Shown here piece after piece: positions 51,338 through 64,000 of a stretch of 64,000 nt of DNA. Numbering within the stretch: position 1 is the stretch's first letter; every line of letters begins with the position of its first letter. The notes beneath the pieces are model-generated. The model did no database searches and was not told the origin of the DNA. It saw only the letters and a list, made by a program, of their open reading frames with translations. Origin of the DNA: Sphyrna mokarran (lineage: Eukaryota); the NCBI GenBank assembly GCA_024679065.1, contig JAGIQG010000006.1:125116001-125180000 (forward strand). Direction: 5' to 3'. The position numbers were made by a program, and so were the translations under genes.

Positions 51338-53709
51338 CTGAAATACTAGAGCTAAGGAAGACAATTGCCACTGGTGGATAAGCTGAATAAGAGAAACTGA
51401 CCAACTGACAATGCAAGACATGGATACATAATAATGAAATCCCGTTGTCCTGAACTAGTCACAGTATCATCAATATTCTGGCAGGTTCCATGTCAACACT
51501 GGGATATGGAAAGACAATTAAAGCTTCAGAAAATGCTTTTCCTTTCTCAATTTAGGATAAGAGGAACATCCATTATTATAAAATCACTCTCCCTTTCCAG
51601 TTATTAGAGTTTATATATAAACATCAAAGAGTGGACAATTTGACTAATATCTTAAGGGGTAAGACTAAATTGCTATGGCAATACAGTGGCACAGTGGGTA
51701 GCACTGCTGCCTTAAGTGCCAAAGACCTGGCTTCAATTCTAGCTGTTGTGGAATTTGTACATTCTTGCACATGTCAGCATGGTTTCATCAGGGTGCTCCA
51801 ATTTCCTCCCACAGTCCAAAGATGTGCAGGTTAGGTAGATTGGCCATGCTAAATTGTCCCTCCATATCCCAAGATGTGTGGTTTGGGGGGATTAATGGGG
51901 TAAATATGTGGGGATATGGTAAGACAACATGGATGGGATTCTCTGTTGGAGAGTCAGTAATGATTTGATGGACTGAATGGCCTCCTTCTATTCTGTAAGG
52001 ATTCAATGATTCTATGAAATCTGCCTTGTGGGGTGAATCCAATACTGCCCAATTATTATGCTTTACGCATGTCTTTAACACATGTTTTCTCTTTTGGGTC
52101 ATCAAGTGAATTATCCCAGTATCCTGGGTCAGAAATTTACTGTATACATAGCAATCCATGCCATCACTGTCATTGGGCTAGTAAATCTGAGGGCACTAGT
52201 ACCTCAACACAGGAAAAAATTAAAAGGGTAGAACATTAAAACAGAAATGGGAGCAGGAGTAGGTACCAGTAGATAAGATGGTCTCTTGAGCCCGCTCCAC
52301 CACTTAGTAAAATCATGGCAGTACCTCCACTCAATGCCACATTCCTATCCTAGCCCCATATCTCCTGATTTCATTAACACCCAGAAGGTTATTAATCTCA
52401 GTCTTGAACATACTAAATGACAAAGCATCCACCGCCCTCTGTGGAACAAAATTCCAAATATTCAAAACTCCCTGCAAAGAGATTCCTCCTCATCTCTGTC
52501 CTAAATGACCCCTTCTCCTGAGACTATCATTCCCTGGCTGGGACTTTCCAGTCCTGTTCACTACAGGGCTGGATAGTCCTGTTTAATGTCAACGGATCTT
52601 TGTCTGATCCGTTAAATTTTCTATCCTGCCTGTGACAATTCCTTTCAGTTTCATCGTTCTGGACTCTCTAGCCAGAGGAGTCATAAACATCAAAGATTTG
52701 AAATTCAGTGGGCATGTTTCCCACCAGCGGGAGGTGGTATGTTATTTGCGACCAGCAGGATTCTCTTGTCATGCCTCTGTCAATGGGAATTCCCATTGAC
52801 ATCACTGCTTACCAGCAAGAAATTCATGGATGATGGTACGCTGCTGGAGAATCCTCCGGATTAACAATCGGAGAATTCCAACAGTTTCTTTGGTATAGGT
52901 CTGCATAAGAGATTAAGTAGAGGTCTAGAACCATGACATGTTTGGCAGGCTAACCCTTGGAAGTGGAGGTAACCAAGGCGGACAGAACAGAATTGCATTT
53001 ACTCAAATCTAATTTACCATCAAATTTTATTGACAGGGAGATATAGCTTAAATGGAAGAGTATTTGTTCTTTTCCTCCCATTTTAATGCTGATTTTGTCT
53101 TTCCTTTGTATTTTTTCTCCTCCCCCCTCCTTTTCACATGCATTTTTTTAAGAGTTACAAGCAATTCCCCTAGAGTTGTTGTGAGGTCCCCACTCTTGAA
53201 GCTGCAGCTGAGTGGTGCATTTTTGTTCCTATGTTCTGAATGCTGCTTCATAATTGGCAGTGAGAAAATCATTTTGACCATAAAGTTCTCACCTATTACT
53301 CTGGGAAAATCTCTAGGTTCTCTCCGCTGATATCATAACAGGAATCAGTATCCCCTATCCAAACTCTCCACAGGGCAATAACTTGCTGCAGTTTCAAGCA
53401 GAGAACTTTACAGCAAGAAACAGGCCATTTGGCCGACTGGCCAGTGCTGGTGTTTTTTGTTGCAACTAGCCTCCTCCAGTCAACCTCATTTCATTCTATC
53501 AGAATATATTTCTATTCCTTTCTCTCTTATGTGTTTACTCAGCTTCCCCTTAAATGCATTATTAACAGAGAAGATATGCTCTAAGAGATATCACACAACT
53601 TAATAAATCAAGGAGAAAAAAGTATTTTCACAAATCTACAAGTTTTGCAGTTACCGCCTTTGTAATGGTTAACAGTCAAAATAATAAACAAAAAATAGTT
53701 AAAGGATAC
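51338..53709 (-). other. U12-type (minor spliceosome) GT-AG intron
   Basis: 5' splice site GTATCCTTT at 53709-53701. Branch-site-like TTCCTTAGC at 51359-51351, 13 nt from the exon. No long pyrimidine tract. The reading frame is preserved (GA|A = Glu). Confidence 0.88.
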
Positions 53710-53828
53710 TCATCAAGACAGTTGTGGCTGAGGTCAAGTTCTTCAAGACTTGAAGAATGTAGGAGTATTTTGATGAAAGGCATTTCTTGGAGATTTAGAT
53801 GGGCGAAAGACAATCTTCTTATTTGCAT
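53710..53828 (-). CDS. LRMDA-like LRR gene, first recognisable coding exon: MQIRRLSFAHLNLQEMPFIKILLHSSSLEELDLSHNCLD(E)
   Basis: LEELDLSHNCL LRR. The ATG has A at -3. A candidate acceptor ttttgtgacag lies at 53855, so an upstream exon probably exists; the true start codon is less certain. Confidence 0.85.
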
Positions 53829-53989
53829 TATTAAAAATATTGGGATAGGGGTACCTGTCACAAAATTACTTTCTATCAATGCCTTTAATCTGGTTCCGCA
53901 ATCACCCCAAGCAGGGAAAGAAGTTCAGAATCACAGAGTGCAAAAGAGGCCCTTCAGCCCATTGAGTCTGTACTGACATGTGAGAAACA

Positions 53990-54820
53990 TCTGACTACCT
54001 ATCTAATCCCATTTACCAGTACTTAGTCCATAACCTTGAATGCTATGCTAGGGCAAATGCTTATCCAGGTACTTTTTAAAGGATATAAGACAACTCGCCT
54101 CCACCACCCTTCCAGCAGCACATTCCAGATCATCACCACCCTCTGTATAAAATAATCTTTCCTCATATCCCCCTAAACTTGAACTTGAATTGTCTTATAA
54201 CTGACCTTTCAGCTGAGAATAACAGCTGCTCCCTATCCACTCTGTCTGTCCATGCCCTTATTATCTTGAACACCTCAATCAGGTTGCCCTCAGTCGTCTC
54301 TGCTCCAACAAAAACAACCCAAGTCTATCCAACCTCTCTTCATAACTTTAATGTTCTATTCCAGGCAACATTCCAGTGAATCTCTTCTGCACCCCCTCCA
54401 GTGCAATCACATCCATCCTATAGTATGTGACCAGAACTGCATATAGTACTCCACCGTAGCCTCATCAAAGTTCTATACAATCCAACTAACCTCTCTGCTT
54501 TTGTAATCTACGTCTTGATTGATAAAGACAAGTGCATCATCTATCTTTTTAACAACTCCACTAACTTTTAGTTAGTGAGCTAGTTAGTGGGGTAGCTTTC
54601 AGAGATCAATGGACAAACATTCCATGGCCCCTTTGTTCCTTAGAATTTCCTGGTATCATGATGTTCATTGAATATTTCCTTATCAAATTACTCCTTCCAA
54701 AGTATATCCCCTCATACTTTTCAGGGTTAAATTCCATCAGCTACTTATCTGTTCATTTGGCCACATGTCTTCCTGTAGCCAAAGACACTCAACCTGTTAA
54801 TCACCGAGTCATTCTTTGTG
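53990..54820 (-). mobile_element. CR1-type LINE fragment
   Basis: Reverse-complement CR1 RT and tail motifs (ctcttctgcaccccctccagtgcaatcacatcc...gaccagaactgc). Confidence 0.8.
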
Positions 54821-57800
54821 TCATGACGAGTTCTTGAAACATTGCAACAAATGAGGTAGATCATCAAACCATTTCAAAAAATTATTGATTGCAAAGTAAT
54901 CTAGTTTGATGATTCAAATGAAAAGCATTGGAAAATGCATACAGAAACTGAGCAGAAAACCAAAGAAAACAGAGGCCAGGGAATCGTATACCATTTTGCA
55001 GGAAATGTGGCAGGGACTTTGTTCCAGAGTGGATTGCTGAACCCCGCCAGGTGATGTTTGACACAGAGGTGACCCATCGTGTAAACTGTAACTTACAAGG
55101 TGGGCAACCAAATGATAATTAAGGCAAAATCATTATCAAAAAGCCCCTAAAAACTAAGTTGTACCTTTTGCTGCAGCTGCTGAAATGTTTCCGGATGAAG
55201 GGCCAGTTGTATATCAGTGAAAACAGATTACTCTCATGTGCTTTTGCAATCTCTCACACTGCTTTTCAGCAGAAAACATCACGTGATTCCTACCCTCCAG
55301 ACTCAATCAAGTGTCACAAGACTGGCAGAGGAGAAATTATCTAGCAAATTGTGTGAGTGACAGTCAACTCACAGCATCGTGACAGCTAAAGTGCATCCAG
55401 AACTCTACATTCCAAGCTTTATACTCCAATATAATGGGGAAAAATTTAACAGTGTGGGGCTCCTTTCCCTGGAAAAACGAAATCTGAGAGGTGGACAATA
55501 AGAGGTCTTTAAAATGATGAAAAGATTTGATTGGGTAGACACAGGGAGGATGTTTCTGAATGTTGAGAGAGTCCAAATTAGTGTCATCAGTATAAGATAA
55601 TCACTAATACATCCAATAAGGAATTCAGGAGAGAGAATTCACTACCATGTGGAGGAGCTGTGCCTACTATGTTTGATACATTTAAGAGGAAGCTCCGTAA
55701 ATGCATGAGAATAAGAGAAATGGGGGATGCTCATAGGATGAGATGAAGGAAATGGAGGAGGTCATGTCTCCTACCATGAGCCTCATGGCTCATACCATAA
55801 TCACTGGTATACAGACAAGTTGAGCCAAATGGCCCATTTCTGTGCAGTAAAAGTCTTTGTAATTTGATGTAATTATATTTCCTAGCTAATGCATATGTAT
55901 GAAATGTTTTCATCTGTGAGGATTGTGGTCCTTAAACTTTACTACAATAAAAATCAAATAGTGGTAGAAGTCTCTGATGTAGTTCTGTCGCTTCACCATC
56001 AGTTTTCCAATTGCTACTGACCCACCTTCATCTCCTAAAAGCAGAAATCCATACCCCTATACATGGTGTGCCAAAAAATTATTAATTGCATTTTTACTGA
56101 GAAGCCATTTTACTCCTTCATCTGTCTCCCATTTTGATCTCAGTGGTCGCCTATACTGTTCCAGTAAAGCCCATCATGAGCTCAAGGAAAATCTTGACTA
56201 CATTCATCCTGAAACTGGAAAATCCCACCTGAGGTCAATGGACCTTTCTATGGTCTGCCTATCGCCTGCTATGATCCCCATGGTGGGCGCAATGGGAAAA
56301 TTCACCCTCTCATTTTTCAGTTAGCCACTTAACGGTTTTCTGGTGTCAGCACTGAGTTCAACAAGTAAAAGAAAAGCAAAATACTGTGGATGCTGGAAAT
56401 CTGAAATAAAGATAGAAAATGCTGGAAAATCTTAGCAGGTCTGGCAACGTTTGTGGAAAGAGAAAGGGAGTTATGTTTTGAGTCTGAGTGACTCTCCAGA
56501 GTTAAACAGAAGGAGAAATGTGATAGATTTTATTGGATAAGGGGGTGGAGGAGGTTGGGTAAAATAAAGGGTCAGGGATAGGTGAGAGCTCAGAATAGAT
56601 TTGATAAAGATGTAAGGAGCACAAGACAAAGGGAGTGTTAATAGTAGTGTTAAAAACTAAAGAAAGTGTTGATAGTGGCATAAAGATAAGAGCAGTATAT
56701 GTTGATCACTTACCTGATGAAGGTGCAGCACTCTGAAAACTCATGCTTTCAAATAAATCTGTTGGGCTTTAACCTGATGTTGTGAGACTTTTTACTGTGC
56801 CCACCCGAATCCAATGCCAGCATCTCCACACCATGTTAATAATAGATCAAGGGTCAGTGATTTCTGAAAGCAAGGCTTAAGAACAAATGACAGATGGTCC
56901 TATGTGAGGAATGTTGGAAGAGGTGTTAGGACAAAAAATTGAATTTAAAAAGGGAGTTAAGGTGGAGGATGTTCTTAAATGTCGCTTAAGAGTAGGAAAG
57001 ACTCTTGCAGAGCATACTATTTCAAACGATCTGTTTCAGTCCTGAGTATTCTACATTATTTTAAAATGTGCTTTGCAATTTTAAATATTATTATTGTCAC
57101 ATGAGAAAAATGGCAAACCTTGATGAGTGATAGGTTAAATGCTGAATAGCCAAACATTATATTCACTTGTAAAGCTTATTAACAAAAAAAAATCTATTAA
57201 AGCAGTTTATGTTCTAGGTTCTAGTTTTAATCTAGATTCTTGTGGAGGAGTTGGGCTGAAAGGCCAGTTTCTATGCTGTAGTTTCTATATAATTATGTGT
57301 AATTTATTTTCCTGCTGCACTGGAATTTCATAACCCTTTCTCCCTTGTACTATGTAAAAATGCAGCTCAATCCTTTCCATTTGCCTTGAGTTGGCTGATT
57401 ATGACATTTCAATATGTGGTCTCTTGTTTTGGATACAATGCATGATCTAATGACATTTTTTGATAGTTCTCATTTCCTATCTTTTAAATGGCCCTGATTT
57501 AATAGTGCTGGTCGTTTTAGTGACAAAATTGAATAGGTTAATAATTCATCCAATTTTTTTTAATGCCAAGGGCAAAAAGATTTTCACCAAGAATTTTTTA
57601 AGAGCTGCTCCCCTGTCACTGCTGTAACTTTGCTAGAAGCTAGAGTGGGAATTTTATATTTGGCACTTCTAAGGAAGTTACAGCTATGAAGTGAGAGAAC
57701 TCTGAAGGAATTTCTAAGTTGTTTTTATTTCCTTTTGCTTGACTATTAGGACTTGAGACCAAGTGGCCCCTTTAGTAAGGCAGTCTCAGAAGGCACAGGA

Positions 57801-58479
57801 TAATTAAATCAGGCCACATGGAGTCATGGCCTCAATTTAAAATCATTGGGAAGGCTTCTGCTAGTCATCTGCCATAACCCCTGAAGATGATCAAATTCTT
57901 CAACTTATCCCTGTCTTCAATATTTGTCCTGCTTCATGAAACATTCTGGATTTTTCAACATGGACTTACAATGTCAGTGTCACAATAACTTAGTGGGCAG
58001 CAGTCTTGCCTCAAATCCTACTCTAGAAGCTTGAGTGCATAATCTAGGCTGACATGCCCTGTGCCGCGCTGAGGATGTGCAGTACTTTTGGAAGTGTCTT
58101 CTTTTGGATGAGTCATTAAAATGAATCCCTCTGCATGGAAGCAGAAGATCGGATGAAGAAAAATAGGAGCATTTCTCCTGCTATGCAAAGTCACTAATTA
58201 TCAAACATTGGAAATCAGGGTGTCAGTTTCAATATGTACATTATTGACAAAGAATTCTATTTGCTCTCCAGCTCAGTTGACCCCTGCTCTGTATATGAAA
58301 AAAAGAACAACTTGTCCAACTTCCTATACTGATAAGCAAAAATTGCTTGGGAAGACCAAAACTATTGTCTTCTGTCCCCGATTCTGAGACAGAACCAGAC
58401 TCTTTGCAACATTGTTTGGTATTATATTTGACTCCAAGGTGAGTCAAATATACTACAGCATTGCTAAGATGATATATTG

Positions 58480-59050
58480 CCACCTCCATAACATTTCCTG
58501 ACTGCATCCTTGCCTCAGTTTATCTACTGCCAAAACCCTCACTCTCGCCTTCATTGCCTCTAGACTTGACTGTTTCCAATGAATACCTGGCCAGTCTCCC
58601 ACACTGTACCCCCTTCCCATACACTAGATTTCATCTAAACCTCTACTGACCCTAACTCACACTAGATCCTATTTATTTAGTCCTCCTGTACTCACTGGTC
58701 TACATTGGTTTCTGGATATACAATGCTCCTCGTATCCCCCAAATCCCTCCATAACTTTATGCTCCCTAATTTCCTTCATCCCATAACCTTCTAAGATCTC
58801 TGTGCTCTGTCACTTCTGGCCTCTTGAGCATTCCCTGTTTTAATCACTCCATCATTGACTGTCAATTTTTCAATTGTCTAATCCCCAAACTCTGGAATTC
58901 ATTCCTATATCTCTCCACTTCACATTCCTTCTTTAAGACACACCTTAAAACCTATCTCTTTGACCATGCTTTTGTCACTTGCCCTAATATTTCCTTTTAA
59001 AGCTTGTGTAAAGTTTTGCTCCATAATGATCCTCTGAGCTGCCTTGAGAC
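58480..59050 (+). mobile_element. L2-type LINE 3' fragment
   Basis: cctctagacttgactgtttccaat...ctcactggtctacattgg...ctttaagacacaccttaaaacctatctctttgacc is a typical L2 end. Confidence 0.7.
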
Positions 59051-61574
59051 ATTTTATTATGTTTTGTGACCAATGTTTATCCCGCAACCAACGTTACTAA
59101 AAATAGAGTATCTGGTCATTATTGCTTTGCTGTTTGTGGAAACTTGCTGTGCATAAATAGGCTGCTATGTTTATGAGGGTGCTGTATTTTACAATTATTT
59201 AATTAGATATAAAGTGCTTCAGAACAACCGGAGGTCATGCTGGCCATGCAACAAAAATGCTGCTTTTAAGAGATAGAATAGACAGCTGTTAAACTTAATC
59301 AAAATCAGGCAACATGTTGGGTGATTTGATTAAGTTCAAAAGCTTTCATGTTATTGCTCTGGATTGTTGTCGACTAAGCAAAACTTCATATATCTTTGTA
59401 GAGATTAGGGACAAGGTTAAAGATAATTACTCTGCCTAGCTAGACCGAGTAATATTGTGAGAAAACATCAAAAACATAAAATCTGTCTTTGCATTGGTAA
59501 GAGGCAGTAGTATTGTCACTGGATGAATAATCCAGAGGCTCATGGCAAGATCTAGGGATCCAGATTCAAATCCCACCATGACAGATTTCAATCAAAAATC
59601 TAATAATGAAATCGTTTATCATAAAAACCCACCCTTAAGGGGAGAAAATTTGCCATCCTTACCTTGTCTGGCCTACATGTGACAGCAATGTGATTGATTC
59701 TGAAATGGAGGAGAGTTAGGAAGGTGAGGGCCTAGTGCTATTATCGCTATACTATTAATCCAAAAACTCAGCTGATGATCTGAGGACCTGGATTTGAATC
59801 CCACTATGGAATTTAAGTTCAATAAAAAAAACCTGGAAATAAGAATTTATTGATGATCATGAAACCATTGTTGATTGTCAGAAAAACCCCATCTGGTTCA
59901 CTAATGCCCTTTAGGCAAAGAAATCTGCCATCCTGACCTGATTTGACCTACATGTGACTCCAGAGCCACAGCATTGTGCTTGACTCTCAACTGCCCTCTA
60001 AGGGCAATTAGGGATGGGCAATAAAAGCTGGCCCAGCTAGCAACGCCTGTGTCCCATTAATTAACTTTTTAAAACCTCATGGAAAATGATCAGAAGCAGA
60101 CACCAAGAGAGATGTCAATAGAAAATTAACCCCTCAGTATCCCAAAGCAGAAGAATTTGACCATTCTGAGTTTTGAATGGACTAAGTTTGAAAGCATTTC
60201 TTCTCCCTTAACAAAACTGTTGTGTTTTAATGTCTGTAAAGACAATTATTTAGACAGGTTTTCAGTCTCCCTGATCCTAAAGCAATAGGACACAGTCAAA
60301 AAATCTTACAACCTAACCTATCATTCAGGCAGCCAAGTCCTTTTCACTGTGCAGATATCAAGTATGAGGGACATCAAATAAAAATAGAAAATAAGCAGAG
60401 AAATAGATTTAATATTCAGGGCAGAATCTCATCATCGTTCACACCAGTGGGATTTTCTGATCCCATTACAGTGAATGGAGATTTGGCTGGGTACCAAATT
60501 GTCCATCCTTGCTGCAGTAGCAGCAGGATATGAAAGGCCAGCAAAATTCTACTCTGAGGGTCCATTGGGACCGTTCAGAATTGAATACTCAAGCAATTTT
60601 TCAATTCATTTTTGGGACATGGGTTTTGCAGGTCAATTGGCATTTATTGCCCATCCCTATTCACCTTTGGAGAGCAGTTGAGAGTCTATCACATTGCTGT
60701 GGCTCTAGAGCCACACGTAGGCCAGGCCAGGTAAGGACAACAGATTTCTTTCCCACAAGGACATTAGTGAGCCAAATGGGTTTTTCCAACAATCGATAAT
60801 GGTTTCATGGTTATCACTAGATTCTTAATTCTAGATTTTATTGAATTCAAATTCCACCATCTGCCATCTGGCAGGATTCAAACCCAGATTCCCAGAGCAT
60901 TAGCTGAGCTTGTGGCTTAATATAGTCTAGCAACCGTACCACTAGGTCATCCCTTCCTCTTACCTTTAATGATATAATTTCCTTAAATTTATTCAATAGC
61001 TGTTCCCCTCTAACATAGTGGCTGGAATTTTATTGCCCCGGCCACACAGGAATCATAGTGGGCAGGCAGGCAGGCAGGGGGGAGACATACAAAAGGTCCG
61101 TTGACCTCAGGTGGGATTTTAGGGTTTTGGGCCAAGTGCAGCCAGTAATTCCTGCCCATTATCTTCCCTATGACCTATTTTGAAATAGCTACATTGGACG
61201 TGGGTAGTTGTGGTTTAGACATGGATGATCTTTATTATTCAAGTTCCCTCTGTTTTATGCTTTGGTGTAATTACTTCATAAGTAATAAGGAGGGGAGAGG
61301 GGTTGGGGACTTTTTTTTTCTTTTGGGTGCCTTTCTGGCCTTATAGGAGGCACATGGGGTGAAGTAAAGAGGGAAGGAAGGAAAGGTGGGTCCTCTCCCC
61401 AGGTGTTGGGGGGAGTCAGAAGAAAAATGACAAGAGAGTGGGGTGGGGCCTCTGGTGCTCTCTCCTTGGTTTCAGAGAGGGGGAGATTGGGGACATTGTT
61501 AAGGGACAGTACAACCAGCAAAAACAATATCTCTCTCCCTTAATGGGTTCACTCATTGCAGGTATATAATCCTC

Positions 61575-61900
61575 TTCATTAATTGGTTGGAGAGCTCACT
61601 TCCGGAATGGAAGGCCTCACTTACCCCGGAAGTAGATGATTGGAGGAGACCGGAAGCAGGCTGGGCTGGAGCTGTGGGGCCCTCGAAGAGGAGCTGAGGG
61701 TGTTTTTTGGCAGAATTTGTTTTCTTCTCTGTTTCCTTTGGTGGTCGGTGAAGTGAGCGGGCGGCCGACATGTCGATCGAGATCGAATCGGCGGAGTAAG
61801 CGGAGCCGTTAGAATTCAAACCGTGCGGGACCGTTAATGGAACGCGGGGCGGTTGGCGGCTCGAGCCTTGGAGCGCGCGGCGGCAGCGACGACAGCTCTG
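61575..61900. promoter_or_regulatory. CpG island, probable bidirectional promoter (SMU1 on +, LRR gene on -)
   Basis: CpG-rich. ETS/GABP sites ACTTCCGG 61598-61605, CCGGAAGT 61626-61633 and CCGGAAGC 61650-61657. CCAAT boxes (ATTGG) at 61582 and 61639. Minus-strand donor GGG|GTAAGT at 61625/61624. Confidence 0.8.
61770..61795 (+). CDS. SMU1: SMU1 (WD40 spliceosomal B-complex protein) first coding exon: MSIEIESA(D)
   Basis: ATG TCG ATC GAG ATC GAA TCG GCG GA|GTAAGC matches the SMU1 N-terminus (human MSIEIESSDVIRL...). It is a 26-nt coding exon in a CpG island, and SMU1 is linked to ACO1 on human 9p. Exon 2 was not found in the window. Confidence 0.9.
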
Positions 61901-64000
61901 CAATCAGAAAGCAAAGCCCAGTTCTTTAGTTTAATATAGATCCCAGAGTAGAGAGTTCGAGCAGTAAATTCATTCTTTGCATTATTTGCGGTATAGGCTG
62001 GGCTTGGCAATGCAATGACTCCGGGGTTGAATTGAAAATAAACATCCGGCCCTTTAAAGATGGAATTCACTACCACAGAAAGTAAAGGCCAAAACCTTGT
62101 CTAGACCGCAGGGATTCTATGATTACGGAGGAAAGGAGATCAGGATATTAAATTGGATGATCATACTGAACGGCAGACCAGTCTCAAAGAGCTGAATGAC
62201 CTACTCATAGCTCCTACGTTTCTGTGATGAAGGCTGATGTGTAAAGGTCTGTCCCTTCGATGGAGTCCCCACTGATGGCTGGGACCCAAACCCAAGGGGC
62301 TTGGTAATATGAGATGGTCACTAATATGCTGGTAAAACACTGGTTTAGCTTCAACTGGAGCATTGAACAACAAAAACAAAAAAGTGGACAGCACAAGAAT
62401 CCTAACCCTTTGCTCCTCCAAGCCCATATTGATCATGGTGCCCTAATTAAATTACAAAAAAAACCCCATCTGCCTTTACTTGGTCCACTTCCCTCTCTAT
62501 TCATGTACCCATTCAGATACCTCTTAAATGTTGCTAAAGTGCTTGCTTCCACCACCATTTCAGGCAGTATGTTCCAGGCACCCACTACTCTGAAAAAGTT
62601 CCCACCACACATCATAGGACCCCTAAAGTATAGAACGAGGCCATTTGGCCCATCAAGTCTGTATTGACCACAATCCCACCTGGGCCCAAATCCCTTGGAT
62701 TTGCCCTGCTAATACTCCTGACATTGGGTCAGTTTAGTTTGGCCACTCCATCTAACCTGCACTGTGATTGGGAGAAAACCCACGCAGGCACAGAGAAAGT
62801 GTTTGAGGCAAGGATTGAAGCTAGGTCACTGATACTGAAGCAACAGTGCTAACCATTCTGCCACTGCCACCTCCCTTAAATTTGGTAACCCCCCCAACAT
62901 GGGGAATAATTAGAACTAGGGAGATGCTTTAAAAATAATGCAGTGTCTCCCTTAAGTCGGAGACACAAAGGCATTTTTTTTTCCAATGCAGGTCTTGAAT
63001 CTTTGCAACTTCATTTCCCTGCAGTGCGGTGGAAACTGGACCAATTTTTTTTTTTTATGGCCAAAATGGACACACTTGACTAACAGTGGAGTTTGGGGTT
63101 ATTGGTGGGACTGGGTACGCTGAAAGTAGAGTCAAGACCAAAATGGGATCAGCTGTCATCTTATTGAATGGTGGAGGAGGCTTGAGGGGCTGAACAGCTG
63201 AGTCCTGTTCTTAATTTGTATTGTCTGCACTTCAGGGTGTTGGGCAGCCCTGTGGAAAAATTATCAGGACGTTCAAAAAGGATTTTTTGTTTGTCATTTT
63301 CTTCGTGTTTTTATGTCAAAATGTTGACAATGGGGGTGGGGGAGCATGGGTTGGGAGGTAGAACAACTGTTGCCTTAACAGTTCAGCTTCAGCCAAGTGG
63401 ATAATGAGTCCTTTTGCTTTCCAATTAGCATAGTAAGTCACAAGGATTGATGTGGTTGACGAATGGCTGAAGTGTGAGGGCAATTCCTATGATCAAACTT
63501 CCAGATATACATTTAATCACATTGGCAACCTTAATTACAGAAGTTCAGAAGGATGGCTCCCAGGCTGAGGAATGGCAGTTACAAAGATAATATAGGAGAA
63601 GTTGGGATATTTTTCCTTGGGGAGAAGATTGTGAGGACCAGCTGTTGTGACAACTGGGATGTTGTAACTGTCAGAAGTGACTCAATAAGCTTCTCTATTC
63701 ATGGAGAGGACTGATGGGCAATTTGATTTAGTTCTTTGAATATGAAGGGTTCAATAAGGTAGATATAGAGAAGGTGTTTCTGCTTGTGGAGGGAATTCAA
63801 AACCATAAATATAAGAAAATCAGCAATAAATCCAATGGAGGAATTTAAGGGAGACGACAATGCATTAAGAGAAGGCAGTAGGAGTGTGTGTTAATGGAGT
63901 TAAGTGAAGAGAGTGTGAAGAAGAATGTGGAGCACAGTCATCAGTATAGAAAGGCATTTTTTAAGTGATTTCCATTTGCCCGGGTATTACAGATAGGAAG

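Noticed and set aside
61553-61903. 116-aa minus-strand ORF across the SMU1 CpG island as a standalone protein
   Set aside because: GC-rich islands are stop-poor, the ORF starts at a non-ATG codon, and no domain is recognisable. Kept only as a conditional upstream ORF.

Overview
Eukaryotic, repeat-rich vertebrate DNA. The SINE/LINE/Penelope repertoire points to a cartilaginous fish (shark-like); this is inferred from repeat families, not confirmed. Three genes can be read from the sequence. (1) The 5' part of ACO1/IRP1 (cytosolic aconitase / iron-regulatory protein 1) on the minus strand: a candidate non-coding exon 1 in a CpG island at ~25.9-26.1 kb and seven coding exons (17449 down to 1853) with GT-AG boundaries; the gene continues off the left edge. 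(2) A four-coding-exon, 181-aa LRR/LRRcap gene resembling LRMDA (C10orf11) but apparently a distinct paralogue, minus strand, 53828 to 43299; its first coding intron has U12 (minor spliceosome) signals. (3) The first coding exon of SMU1 (MSIEIESA[D]) on the plus strand at 61770-61795, in a CpG island that probably also drives the LRR gene. A ~26-copy 49-bp minisatellite abuts the ACO1 CpG island and explains the long Cys/His-rich ORFs in the ORF track. The remainder is mostly V-SINE/HE1-like and other tRNA SINEs, CR1/L2/Rex1 LINE fragments, Penelope-like fold-backs, MITEs and probable solo LTRs. I see no prokaryote-type system (CRISPR, operons). The best candidates for novelty are the LRR gene with its U12 intron and shared promoter with SMU1, and the promoter-adjacent ACO1 minisatellite. 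Exon coordinates were checked base by base; repeat boundaries are approximate.
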